From contig JAOPTT010000005.1 of NCBI GenBank assembly GCA_051531975.1, forward strand, positions 192,001 to 256,000: a DNA stretch of 64,000 nucleotides, written 5' to 3'. The notes under the pieces are model-generated. The model searched no databases and was not told where the DNA came from. It was given only the letters and a program-made list of their open reading frames with translations. Below, piece by piece: positions 21,066-30,102 of this stretch. The position numbers and the translations under genes are program-made. Origin of the DNA: Spirochaetaceae bacterium. GTDB lineage: Bacteria; Spirochaetota; Spirochaetia; DSM-2461. Position 1 is the first letter of the stretch; the number at the start of each line of letters is the position of its first letter.

Positions 21066-22175
21066 ATGAATAAAAAATATGATGTAGCAGCCTATGTTTG
21101 GCCTGCCTATACTGGCGATGAGCCTCGAACCAGAATGTTTTGGCCCGAAGGTATGGGGGAATGGCAGAGTGTTAAAAATTCAGTAAAAAAATTTCCAGAA
21201 CATAATTGGCCAAGGAAACCTCTGTGGGGTTATGTTAACGAGGCCGATCCCTATGTTATGGAGTCCCAGATAAGCGCTGCTGCTGACCATGGTGTTAATG
21301 TTTTTATCTATGACTGGTACTGGTATGACAAACGGCCTTTTCTTGAGAACTGTCTGAATGATGGTTATCTTAAGGCTAAAAATAATGACAGGGTCAAATT
21401 TTATCTCATGTGGGCGAACCATCATGTTCTTAATCTTTGGGATATAAACCTATCTCATGATCAGGAAACTGTTATATGGGATGCCAGGGTGGATAGAAGT
21501 GAATTCGAAAGGATTTGCAATAGATTAATCGATAAGTACTTTCACCACCCCTCGTATTATACAATAGAGGGTAAGCCGGTGTTTAGCCTGTATGATATTC
21601 AGAATCTTATTGATGGATTAGGAGGAGTGGACGAGACAGTCCGTGCCCTTAAGTGGTTTAAAGAACAGACTATAAAATCAGGATTACCAGGCCTGCACCT
21701 GCAGCTGACAAAATGGGGAATCAATCAACTAAATTTAAGTGGACTGGACGAAGGTAAAACAGCAATCCCCAATGAGCTTGTTAATAACCTTGGATTCGAT
21801 AGCATGACTCACTATCAGTATGTGCATTTTACAGATATTGATAGGGATTATAGTGAAATTATGACGGACGTGGAGAAAGAGTGGTCACAGGTTGATAAGG
21901 AATATGATACTCCTTTTTACCCCCATGTTTCGATTGGGTGGGATAATAATCCCCGTTTTAAGGATTTCAAACCTGGGGTTGTAAAAAATAATACTCCACA
22001 GGAGATCAAAAAAGCTCTAATAAAAGCTAAAGAATATCTCGATGCCCATCCGGAGCAGGCTCCACTTGTTACTATTAATAGCTGGAACGAATGGACTGAA
22101 ACCAGTTATCTCCAGCCCGATGATCTCTATGGTTATGGCTATCTGGAAGCTGTAAAAGATGTCTTCTGCAAATAA
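21066..22175 (+). CDS. GH99-like / WbsX-family glycoside hydrolase, copy 2
   Basis: Differs from 5605-6708 by 13 internal substitutions (manual count) plus the termini. Confidence 0.85.
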   Translation: MNKKYDVAAYVWPAYTGDEPRTRMFWPEGMGEWQSVKNSVKKFPEHNWPRKPLWGYVNEADPYVMESQISAAADHGVNVFIYDWYWYDKRPFLENCLNDGYLKAKNNDRVKFYLMWANHHVLNLWDINLSHDQETVIWDARVDRSEFERICNRLIDKYFHHPSYYTIEGKPVFSLYDIQNLIDGLGGVDETVRALKWFKEQTIKSGLPGLHLQLTKWGINQLNLSGLDEGKTAIPNELVNNLGFDSMTHYQYVHFTDIDRDYSEIMTDVEKEWSQVDKEYDTPFYPHVSIGWDNNPRFKDFKPGVVKNNTPQEIKKALIKAKEYLDAHPEQAPLVTINSWNEWTETSYLQPDDLYGYGYLEAVKDVFCK

Positions 22176-22207
22176 AACCAAACCTACTGATCATTCATGT
22201 CGATCAA
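22159..22207 (+). pseudogene. N-terminal stub of a deleted sulfatase
   Basis: Reads MSSANK-PNLLIIHVDQ with one extra A; occupies the same overlap position as the sulfatase at 6695. Confidence 0.7.
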
Positions 22208-22322
22208 AACCATTCTGATTACACCACTGAAGGAAGTCAAGTTATCTTTTAAGAAAGGAGTCACCAGCGTGTCGTTACATTTGCTTACAATTGGGGTTTA
22301 TAACTGTTGAAGCGGATCACTT

Positions 22323-22369
22323 AACAAATAACTTAGGGAAGCATTATCTGGTTCCCCGAGTTGATTGTT
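22323..22369. other. Imperfect hairpin (terminator or decayed attC-like element)
   Basis: AACAAATAACTTAGGGAA / TTCCCCGAGTTGATTGTT arms, 14/18 paired. Confidence 0.4.
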
Positions 22370-22480
22370 GCTATCTTTATAACAGATATTTGTCGAAAGA
22401 TCAGTCATATTATTCGCATTTCAAGAACTTTATCTTGACTACTTGTTCGTTTTATGCGAACATTTAATTATGGGGCAACG

Positions 22481-22558
22481 ATGCATATCATCAAGAAAAA
22501 AACATTAGTAGCATACTATGCAGTATATCCTTCAGTGGAGATAGCATGTAATGAGTGA
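22481..22558 (+). pseudogene. higB: Truncated HigB-type toxin (25 codons left)
   Basis: MHIIKKKTLVAYYAVYPSVE resembles HigB N-termini. It directly precedes a HigA-like gene, with a TGTTCG-N7-CGAACA palindrome upstream. Confidence 0.65.
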
Positions 22559-22973
22559 AAATATAGAAAGACAAATAAAGAAAGTTAAAACCAGTAAGTC
22601 AGATATCCACATTGCTAATTTTTTAAGAAATACACAGATACATAATGATACTGACCTGGAGAGGGTTACAGAGTATTGTGAACAGTTGGCTGCTCTGTTT
22701 GAAGCTGGAAACAAAGAGATTGAACCTCTCTTTGATTATGTTGTGAACGTTATCGAAACATATGAAGATGTGCATTACCCTGTTGGGAAGTCCTCTCCAG
22801 TGGAAATGCTTAAGTTTCTTATGGATCAGCATGGACACAAACAGAAGGATCTAACAGATGTAGCTCCCAAATCTACGATCAGTGAGATATTGAGCGGTAA
22901 AAAAGAGATGAGTAAATCTGTAATAAGAAAACTTGCTGAGAAATACCACACAAATCCTTCAGTATTCTTTTGA
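22551..22973 (+). CDS. higA: HigA-type antitoxin / HTH regulator
   Basis: IETYEDVHYP, PVEMLKFLMDQHGHKQKDL, STISEILSGKKEMS. Confidence 0.85.
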   Translation: MSENIERQIKKVKTSKSDIHIANFLRNTQIHNDTDLERVTEYCEQLAALFEAGNKEIEPLFDYVVNVIETYEDVHYPVGKSSPVEMLKFLMDQHGHKQKDLTDVAPKSTISEILSGKKEMSKSVIRKLAEKYHTNPSVFF

Positions 22974-22984
22974 TATTACTTTAT

Positions 22985-23061
22985 AAACAGTTGGCATCTA
23001 TTGATTCCAGATCTTTAGGATCAGTCAGAAAATTGACATATTAATCAACTGTTCCAATAGA
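22985..23061 (-). pseudogene. Remnant A of the SGNH hydrolase gene
   Basis: IGTVD*YVNFLTDPKDLESIDANC; aligns to ~28257-28333. Confidence 0.85.
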
Positions 23062-23158
23062 TATGTTCTACACCATTAGATAATATGGATGTATATTTAA
23101 ATAAATTATTGACACCGTAACCTAACTCATCAGCAAATCCAATCTCCCTAAATACTCT
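23062..23158 (-). pseudogene. Remnant of an HATPase_c_4-type (AlbA/RecG-C-like) ATP-binding protein gene
   Basis: Minus-strand frame reads RVFREIGFADELGYGVNNLFKYT, resembling the FxEIGxADELGSG motif. Confidence 0.55.
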
Positions 23159-23244
23159 ATTTGGGAGTTATTCACCAAACACTAAGTTTAATTCACTAAT
23201 TTATAGTTTAAACTCTTACTATTTGATGCTATTATAATATTACT

Positions 23245-23523
23245 ATGAAAACATATGATGAAGTAATAAATTTTATTACTAATAACAATTTACAATTAAA
23301 ATATCATCTGAAAAGAATAGGTTTGTTTGGTTCTATCTTAGACAAAGACAACCCTAATGATATTGATGTTCTTATTGAAGAGTATTCAGATCATAAAGAT
23401 CTTATTAAATTTCAAGATGAACTAGAGCATGCAACTGGAAAATCAGTTGATCTAGTAATTGAAAAATATGCAAGCCCAATTATTTTATATAGAGCAAAAC
23501 GGAATATAAGTTATGTTAGCTAA
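23245..23523 (+). CDS. Minimal nucleotidyltransferase (MNT) antitoxin
   Basis: IGLFGS, NDIDVLIE, TGKSVDLV. Confidence 0.85.
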   Translation: MKTYDEVINFITNNNLQLKYHLKRIGLFGSILDKDNPNDIDVLIEEYSDHKDLIKFQDELEHATGKSVDLVIEKYASPIILYRAKRNISYVS

Positions 23524-23875
23524 ACCAGAGAACGACCTATTTCATTTTCTAACAATATTAGAATCTATGGGTAAAATTAATAAATATTTAGAAGGCATAT
23601 CCAATGCTGATGATTTTATCGAAAAAGATGATCAAATTTATTTTAATGCAACTCTTACATTATTAACTAATATTGGTGAAGTGTTTGGTAAAATTTCTAA
23701 AGAATCCCAAGCTCATTTCAATGATGATGACCTTATAGGTTTAAGAGGAATTAGGAATAGAATCGTCCATGATTATACCGGTATAGATTCATTTAGAATA
23801 TTTGGTAATTCCCTGAAACCAGCTAGTTGCCATCTTCTGGTAACAGGAATTTGTAGGATGATTTATACTGTTTGA
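23513..23875 (+). pseudogene. HEPN/DUF86 (HepT-like) toxin with its C-terminus replaced by foreign sequence
   Basis: IGE and RNRIVHDY (RxxxxH) motifs present. After ~23797 it reads through the antisense SGNH remnant. Confidence 0.75.
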
Positions 23876-23952
23876 AAAACATTTGATGTCTATTGATTCC
23901 AGGTCTTTGGGATCTGTTAGAAAATTGACATATTGATCTACTGTACCAATAG
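23800..23952 (-). pseudogene. Remnant B of the SGNH hydrolase gene
   Basis: IGTVDQYVNFLTDPKDLESIDIKCFSNSINHPTNSCYQKMATSWFQGITK; aligns to ~28180-28332. Confidence 0.9.
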
Positions 23953-24252
23953 ATAGAACCAAGTGACAACACTTTAGTATGGGTTTACGATGTAGGACAT
24001 TTTTTCTTTTCAAGGTTTACAGCAAATTGTCAACGACTCCCAAATGGTAATACTTTGATATTTGAATCCATGAGCAAAAGACTTTTTGAAGTTACTCCTG
24101 ATAAAGAGATTGTATGGGAGCATGTTTTAACTGACGACGCCCAACGGGTTTACCAATATGCTTATGATTATTGTGAATTGACCTCTGATCTGGGAACACA
24201 AAGTGAAAAAGAGGTGACACCTCCAGAAATACTACGTAATGAACCTAGATAG
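23953..24252 (+). pseudogene. C-terminal remnant of an arylsulfate sulfotransferase-like protein
   Basis: Frame open from 23953: LVWVY...FFSRFTANCQRLPNGNTLIFES...LFEVTPDKEIVWE; N-terminal part absent. Confidence 0.75.
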
Positions 24253-24419
24253 TAATTAGATGATTACTAAACTCGACTCTTCCAATAATCTACATCAAAA
24301 TATCCTTGAACGTTTTATTACTCAGCCTGATAGTGGGTATCATAAACTATTTGTCTTCACCAGATCGATAGATTTTCTGTCTACTTAAAAAAATGTTTAA
24401 AGTCGATTGGTGAGACTGC

Positions 24420-24689
24420 TTATCCGAATAAAATCGCTGTCATCGCAGTAAGAATGGAAACCACTACTCCAAGTCCATTTGATACTATAAGAGGCCAATC
24501 TTTAATCTCTTTTAAGTAACCATATATAGTCCACGTGCTACAATTAATAAAAGTTGCCAGTGGGAGGATAACCGAACCAGGATGTCCTGTTACATTTAGA
24601 CGTATTTGATCTAAGAATGAAAAAAACATGCATATACCAAAGAATGAGGCGAACCAGCCTACTTTATGAACCGTTTTCTGTTTAATCAT
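24420..24689 (-). CDS. SemiSWEET-family sugar transporter
   Basis: 89 aa with 3 TM segments; LDQI, WTIYG, KDWPLIVSN; TAATG-coupled to the upstream gene. Confidence 0.8.
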   Translation of the reverse strand: MIKQKTVHKVGWFASFFGICMFFSFLDQIRLNVTGHPGSVILPLATFINCSTWTIYGYLKEIKDWPLIVSNGLGVVVSILTAMTAILFG

Positions 24690-26914
24690 TAGACCTGACT
24701 CCTTTCCATCACTAACACCCAATCCTGAGGGGATGGTATCGGTGGCGCCCAGTCTTCTCCACTACGGAGTAACCATTTATCGGATTCCTCCTGAGGCTGT
24801 ATTTGCATTGGGGTTTTTGATGCTTTTACATTCTTATAGATACAATTCCCCTGCCACAGCCCGACTTTGCCACCTTTAATATTATCTATTTTAACAGGAG
24901 GAGTAAAGTACTGATTTGTGCCGTCATCTATACGCATGGAGTAATAATTCTCTTTGCAGACAACGGTCATGATAAAGTTATCGTTAAGTTCGGGTACATC
25001 TATCCAACCTTTCTGGAGCGGTTCGTATATTCTGAAAAATGAGAATCTGCCGCCTCTGCGATCCAAAAGATAGATGGCCTTCTTATCCGCGTCATAAAAA
25101 GCAATAATATGATTATCAATGTTCTTATACCCAAGAACTATTCCGGCGGATTCTTTACCGTTGGTACAGACTTCCACGCTGACCATAATATCATTATCAT
25201 CCAACTTTTTATTCAGCAATACACGATTGGATAAATGCAGTTCTCCGCTAGTGGTAGCCACGCCCTCCAACTCTGCATCACCCTGGATTCCAGTCAATAA
25301 CTCCCAGTTGCTCTTATCATCCATAGAGTCTTCAAAGAATATCGCCTCTTTATGATCCTTGAATGGTGCGGGATGATCAGCTACTTTCATTAGTGTACCT
25401 ATATCGAAACGCCTTCCAGTGACCGGGTCAAAATAGTACCCATTGTAAGGAATATTTTCCTCCATCCCCTTAACTCGCGGAGGAGTCCAGTCATATGTGT
25501 TGCGGTTCGGTCGGTAGATAAAGCGTAATTCTCCAGGAATTCCGGCAGAATAGCAATCCGGGTCGCTCCATTCCTGGTGGGGTTCGATCTTGTGCCATGG
25601 ATAAGTTTCTAGCAGTTTTCGTCCTATTCCCACTTGTGTGGCACCGAGAAACTCCTTGGCCTGCTGCCAGGTGGTATAATCCCAGGAGCAAAGCACTACA
25701 GGCTTATCACTGAACACCTCACTGTCCCGCTTGTTATTATAGTCCCAGGTAGGACTCAAACCTAAATCACCTTCAACACCCATATGATGCAGTCCCGCAG
25801 CTCCGTAAGTGTGTCCCGCAGCACCATTGAGTATATACATCCAAAAGACATATCGCTGGGTGTCGGCAAAGTGTCGCTGCATGTGTCCTTCGTATCCGGT
25901 TTCCCCACAGACCAATGGCATGGTGGGTTGTTCGTCATATCGATCTGTAAAAACTTTCAATGTATTAGGACTTATTGGTGAAAAATGGCTTCCACCGACA
26001 AATTCAAAATCATTCATTGGTTCTTCGTCACGATACGGGCAAGCATATTCATGACTCGTTTTGAGTCGGTTGAAGGGATCTATTTCACATAGATAGCTCA
26101 CTACCTCTCCCCAGTCTCCCTCTCCGAATTTGGCAACACCGGGAACTTCTCCCCCGGGAACGAGAATTAGTGGATAGGCAGCATAACGGGCGACCAGATA
26201 ACGCCAATGTCTTTTTAGTCCACCTACACCTGCGATCTTCATGGCATTACAGTCGCTTCTGCCCCAAGCTCCGACGAGAGCCGGCATCAATCCGGTTTCG
26301 ACAAGTAGATCAAGACGCCTGTCAGCATAGTTGAAATATTCAGGATTTACCTTGGTGTATGCTTTGTCGGCATACATGGTTCCACCTTCATTGTCCCAAC
26401 CGGGCTCAAAGGCTTCTTCGTCGGGATATGGTCCACAGACTATCTGCACAGTATTGAATCCCTTGGATCTGCGATCTTCGCAGAGTTCCTGGAATCCCTC
26501 CCAAGAGAGTCGTTTGCTTAGTGCTTTCCACCAGGTATCCGCAAGCCAGAGAAAAGGAGTTCCATCGTGGTATTTGAAATGACGCTGATCCTCGGCAATG
26601 CCGATGGGGCCGTGTTTATAGAAAGGATTGTCACCTTTATAGGGTACTACTTCAACCTGGCCATTTTGGTCTGCTAACCCGTTGTCATCTGCATTACAGA
26701 TTGTACAGTATGGATATGTTCCGACCATAGGTGATGAAAAACGCACTTTCCATTCGTTACCACCAGCCCAGAAGGCAGGTACCACCATTTTTTTGCTGTT
26801 AGGATGAATAAATTCAACATCAAGAAGAACCTCTATAAAGGGATTATGATAGGTTTTCTGTGCATTAAATGTTATTTCAATTACTCTATTTGTTTTTGAT
26901 TCATAGGTGGTCAT
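24689..26914 (-). CDS. DUF5060/DUF4038 (apiosidase/GH140-like) glycoside hydrolase
   Basis: PAFWAGGNEWKVRF, DGTPFLWLADTWW, RRSKGFNTVQ, YLVARY, ETGYEG, GAAGHTYGA. Confidence 0.8.
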   Translation of the reverse strand: MTTYESKTNRVIEITFNAQKTYHNPFIEVLLDVEFIHPNSKKMVVPAFWAGGNEWKVRFSSPMVGTYPYCTICNADDNGLADQNGQVEVVPYKGDNPFYKHGPIGIAEDQRHFKYHDGTPFLWLADTWWKALSKRLSWEGFQELCEDRRSKGFNTVQIVCGPYPDEEAFEPGWDNEGGTMYADKAYTKVNPEYFNYADRRLDLLVETGLMPALVGAWGRSDCNAMKIAGVGGLKRHWRYLVARYAAYPLILVPGGEVPGVAKFGEGDWGEVVSYLCEIDPFNRLKTSHEYACPYRDEEPMNDFEFVGGSHFSPISPNTLKVFTDRYDEQPTMPLVCGETGYEGHMQRHFADTQRYVFWMYILNGAAGHTYGAAGLHHMGVEGDLGLSPTWDYNNKRDSEVFSDKPVVLCSWDYTTWQQAKEFLGATQVGIGRKLLETYPWHKIEPHQEWSDPDCYSAGIPGELRFIYRPNRNTYDWTPPRVKGMEENIPYNGYYFDPVTGRRFDIGTLMKVADHPAPFKDHKEAIFFEDSMDDKSNWELLTGIQGDAELEGVATTSGELHLSNRVLLNKKLDDNDIMVSVEVCTNGKESAGIVLGYKNIDNHIIAFYDADKKAIYLLDRRGGRFSFFRIYEPLQKGWIDVPELNDNFIMTVVCKENYYSMRIDDGTNQYFTPPVKIDNIKGGKVGLWQGNCIYKNVKASKTPMQIQPQEESDKWLLRSGEDWAPPIPSPQDWVLVMERSQV

Positions 26915-27052
26915 TATCGATTCCTCTCTTTTATTTTAACAACTCTTCAAATTCATTCTTATGGTTTAATTATAAGAGTATATCCGGGGATTTAAAATAG
27001 ATGAAACTGTCAAATTTATGGACAAATCTCAATTGTGATGAAATAATAGTAT

Positions 27053-27892
27053 ATGATAAAAAGAAAAGACATTAATCAAAATACCAACCTGGAAACAGTA
27101 TTTGCAAAGGCTATGCTAAATGCAATCCATATACGTTTAATTGATGTGCAAATGGATACTCATCACAAGGAAAGCTTACAGATTAAAAATCATCGTCGTT
27201 CCTTTAACGTTTTATATGCGGTACATAAAGGAACTGAAACGTACACAAATCTAAATCATACGATTAAACTTCGACCGGGATCCCTTGTATTCTTTCCTAT
27301 AAATTCAAGTTATGAAGTCAATATTCAAGGTCCTCTCTCTTATTCTGTACTGCGATTTTATACCGATACTGCTTTGGGCCTGGACTTGTTCCATTCATTT
27401 AGGGATGGCTTTGAACTCAATAAACTCTATAAGAACTTTAATGAGCAGTTTAATAAAAGTATTTTAAATCCGGAAAAGCACATTTTTTCTTTAAAGTCAC
27501 TAACTTATAAATGCTGCCAACATGTGATTGAAAAAACCGGTTATAACATTGAAAGACAACACAAAATGTATGATAAGTATCAAGCTGTTTTTAAAGGGTA
27601 TGCGGATAATCCGCATTTGAAGGTGGAAGAAATTTCGACAAGGATGAATATCTCTCCTACAAATCTAACTACCCAATTTAAAAAAGATATGGGTATGCCA
27701 GTTTCCGAATACCGTAATCAACTCCTCATTAAAAAAGCTGCTACGCTCCTTAGTGGGACAAATCTCCTTATACGTGAGTGTGCCATAAGACTTGGTTTTA
27801 CAGATGAGCTCTACTTCTCCCGCTTTTTTAAAAAACAAATAGGATTGTCTCCGAAAAAATTCCGTGAAATTACCCTTGTGAAAAAACAATAA
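27053..27892 (+). CDS. AraC-family regulator
   Basis: C-terminal LGFTDELYFSRFFKKQIGLSPKKFR; divergent from the DUF4038 gene. Confidence 0.9.
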   Translation: MIKRKDINQNTNLETVFAKAMLNAIHIRLIDVQMDTHHKESLQIKNHRRSFNVLYAVHKGTETYTNLNHTIKLRPGSLVFFPINSSYEVNIQGPLSYSVLRFYTDTALGLDLFHSFRDGFELNKLYKNFNEQFNKSILNPEKHIFSLKSLTYKCCQHVIEKTGYNIERQHKMYDKYQAVFKGYADNPHLKVEEISTRMNISPTNLTTQFKKDMGMPVSEYRNQLLIKKAATLLSGTNLLIRECAIRLGFTDELYFSRFFKKQIGLSPKKFREITLVKKQ

Positions 27893-27931
27893 ACAATAAT
27901 TTGTATTCAGGAATGTGTATTGTGTCTATCT

Positions 27932-28001
27932 AGCTAACTACTAAGCTCCAGGCAGACCTCCGCACTTATTGTGCTGCGGCTGCTGAGTTGGATCGTTCTA
28001 C
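27932..28001 (+). mobile_element. Isolated integron attC-like site
   Basis: AGCTAAC...GCTC(C)AG(G)CAG(A)CC...GGCTGCTGAGT...GTTCTAC: GC-rich imperfect palindrome with AAC/GTT ends and bulged bases. Confidence 0.55.
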
Positions 28002-28156
28002 GGTCTAAAAATTTAAAGATAAAATAAAACAAATGAAAACCTTAAAGGTCAGCTACACGTAACATATCATCTTCAGACTTAATCTTATACTTTTGTTGTC
28101 CCATAAAGAGATGCATTTGTCAATTTGTGAATAAGGAATTGGTAAAGAGTAACAAT

Positions 28157-28840
28157 TCAAAATGTCCCATTAAGCCTATTTTTTGTAATTCCTTGAAACC
28201 AGCTAGTTGCTATTTTTTGGTAACAGGAATTAGTTGGATGATTTATACTGTTTGAAAAACAATCGGCGTCTATTGATTCCAGGTCTTTAGGATCTGTTAG
28301 AAAATTGACATATTGATCTACTGTTCCAATAGAGAATCCCATTTTATCAAATACCGGTACCAGAGTCTTTCGAATATAGAGGTTGTAGTTGACTATATCC
28401 TTATTAAACTTCTGTAGGGGAGTTATTTGTGCGACCAGTAGTTTGATATTTGGAGAAGTATCAAAAATAGTCCTGACCAGACTATCCAGTTGTTCAGGAC
28501 TCTTTATACTAATACCATTAATCCCTATCATCAGTAAAATGATATCTGGCTGGTCCTCTTTAATCCACTTTTGAATGTTCTTTTCTATTTTCCTGATATC
28601 CCATCCACCGTACCCGCGGTGATTATCCTGTTGAAAAGATTCGTTAAAAGTTGGAACACCGTATAGGTTGTTAAATGGCTCCTCTGATTCACCGACATAT
28701 TCAAAGTTTAAACCGGAGGTTTTAAGTTTTTTATGAAGAGCAGCACGATAGCCATATTCAAAGGGGTAATTCCAGTCGGGATTATCGGTATACCCGGCTG
28801 TAATTGAATCACCAAGAGGCATTATCTTCAATTTATGCAT
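28157..28840 (-). CDS. SGNH/GDSL hydrolase (possible carbohydrate esterase)
   Basis: IMPLGDSITAG block I, HRGYGG, LLMIGIN, NHP. Confidence 0.85.
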   Translation of the reverse strand: MHKLKIMPLGDSITAGYTDNPDWNYPFEYGYRAALHKKLKTSGLNFEYVGESEEPFNNLYGVPTFNESFQQDNHRGYGGWDIRKIEKNIQKWIKEDQPDIILLMIGINGISIKSPEQLDSLVRTIFDTSPNIKLLVAQITPLQKFNKDIVNYNLYIRKTLVPVFDKMGFSIGTVDQYVNFLTDPKDLESIDADCFSNSINHPTNSCYQKIATSWFQGITKNRLNGTF

Positions 28841-30002
28841 TATCTCTATTAAAAGTCTTTCTCATAAGTTTACAGTAATACTGTACATTTTCCCATTTTG
28901 CATCAGGAGCGATTCTATGATCGGGGCATGGGATGTATCCACCTAGTTCTGTAAGCTTTTTTAATCTTTCAACCTCTTCTTCAATGGCAACAAAATCCTT
29001 GGAAAACATGTTTTTATTCATACCTCCAACACCTTTGATACTTTTGCCGTACTTCTCACGCCAAGGAGCTATACTAGCATCCCAGGTTCCAACTTCTATA
29101 GGGAACATAGTGTTTACACCGTTTTCCATCCAGATAGGAAGTAATTTATCCACAAGGCCATCGCAGTCAACGGATACAATATCAATGCCGTATGATGACG
29201 CAAGGTCTGTAATTTTTTTATAATGTGGCCCAACTAACTCTTTAAACAGAGCTGGATTAACAAGAGGTCCATTTTTATAACATATATCTTCCCAGAAATG
29301 TAGATAATCGAACTTAGCTCCTGTTTTTAAAACTGATTCTATGATTTGGTAGTTTAATTCTGCAACTGTATCGATAACTTCTTTAAGAAGTTCAGGATCG
29401 TCCACAGTAAGATAGCTCAGGTTTTCTACTCCAACAAAGTTTCTAATAAAACCAAGAAGGCTACCGCCATGTAGGCCTAGAGGTGTCTCTCTGTTATCTA
29501 TATCCAGCAGGTAGTCCATACCGCCTTTTTCTAGGGTAAGCAGACGGTCTTTTGCTGGAACAGGAGTATTTAGATACCGCTTAGCAGAATATTCAAGTTT
29601 TGCCTTAAATTCGTTGTCCCACTCTTTTCGTCCTTTAAAATAGTGGTCAACTTCTGTTGGAATAGAAACAACGTCTCTTTTTTCCATGACAATTACACCG
29701 TCTTCGTTTAAAACTTTCATGGTACCGTCTTCTTTTTCATCAAGAATTGTTCGGGGAAAAGCAGGGTCTAAGTTGTAATAAGGATTAAATGTTTGACTCC
29801 AGTTAAAATCAAATCCCAATTTTTTACCTATCGAGATATCGGCTTCGCTACAGTCGGACCATGTAATGGCTTCTTCTCTGGTTATATGGCCTTCGTCTGC
29901 CCATTTAATTAGAGTTTCTGCCCAGAATCCAAAATGGACGATTGGCATGGTGTCATAAGGTTTATAATGTAAAATAGCCTGTACATTTTCCCGTAAAGTC
30001 AT
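28833..30002 (-). CDS. Uroporphyrinogen decarboxylase-family (URO-D/MtaA-like) protein
   Basis: WEDICYKNGPLVNP, VDCDG, FPIEV, GGYIPCPDH. Confidence 0.85.
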   Translation of the reverse strand: MTLRENVQAILHYKPYDTMPIVHFGFWAETLIKWADEGHITREEAITWSDCSEADISIGKKLGFDFNWSQTFNPYYNLDPAFPRTILDEKEDGTMKVLNEDGVIVMEKRDVVSIPTEVDHYFKGRKEWDNEFKAKLEYSAKRYLNTPVPAKDRLLTLEKGGMDYLLDIDNRETPLGLHGGSLLGFIRNFVGVENLSYLTVDDPELLKEVIDTVAELNYQIIESVLKTGAKFDYLHFWEDICYKNGPLVNPALFKELVGPHYKKITDLASSYGIDIVSVDCDGLVDKLLPIWMENGVNTMFPIEVGTWDASIAPWREKYGKSIKGVGGMNKNMFSKDFVAIEEEVERLKKLTELGGYIPCPDHRIAPDAKWENVQYYCKLMRKTFNRDNA

Positions 30003-30102
30003 AGTGTTTAATCTCCTGAAAATTTTAATTTAGTTTTATTGAATATGAGTCTATAATAAACCTCAAACACAGTAACCAGGAATGGAGTGAAATAGGAACA
30101 AC

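Noticed and set aside
23789..24013. 74-aa minus-strand ORF as a real gene
   Set aside because: It is a chimera of antisense sulfotransferase remnant and SGNH remnant, and lacks the catalytic GDS block.
22985..28333. SGNH fragments as silent gene-conversion cassettes
   Set aside because: Changes are mostly silent, one fragment has a stop codon, and they sit among unrelated debris; decay is the simpler explanation.
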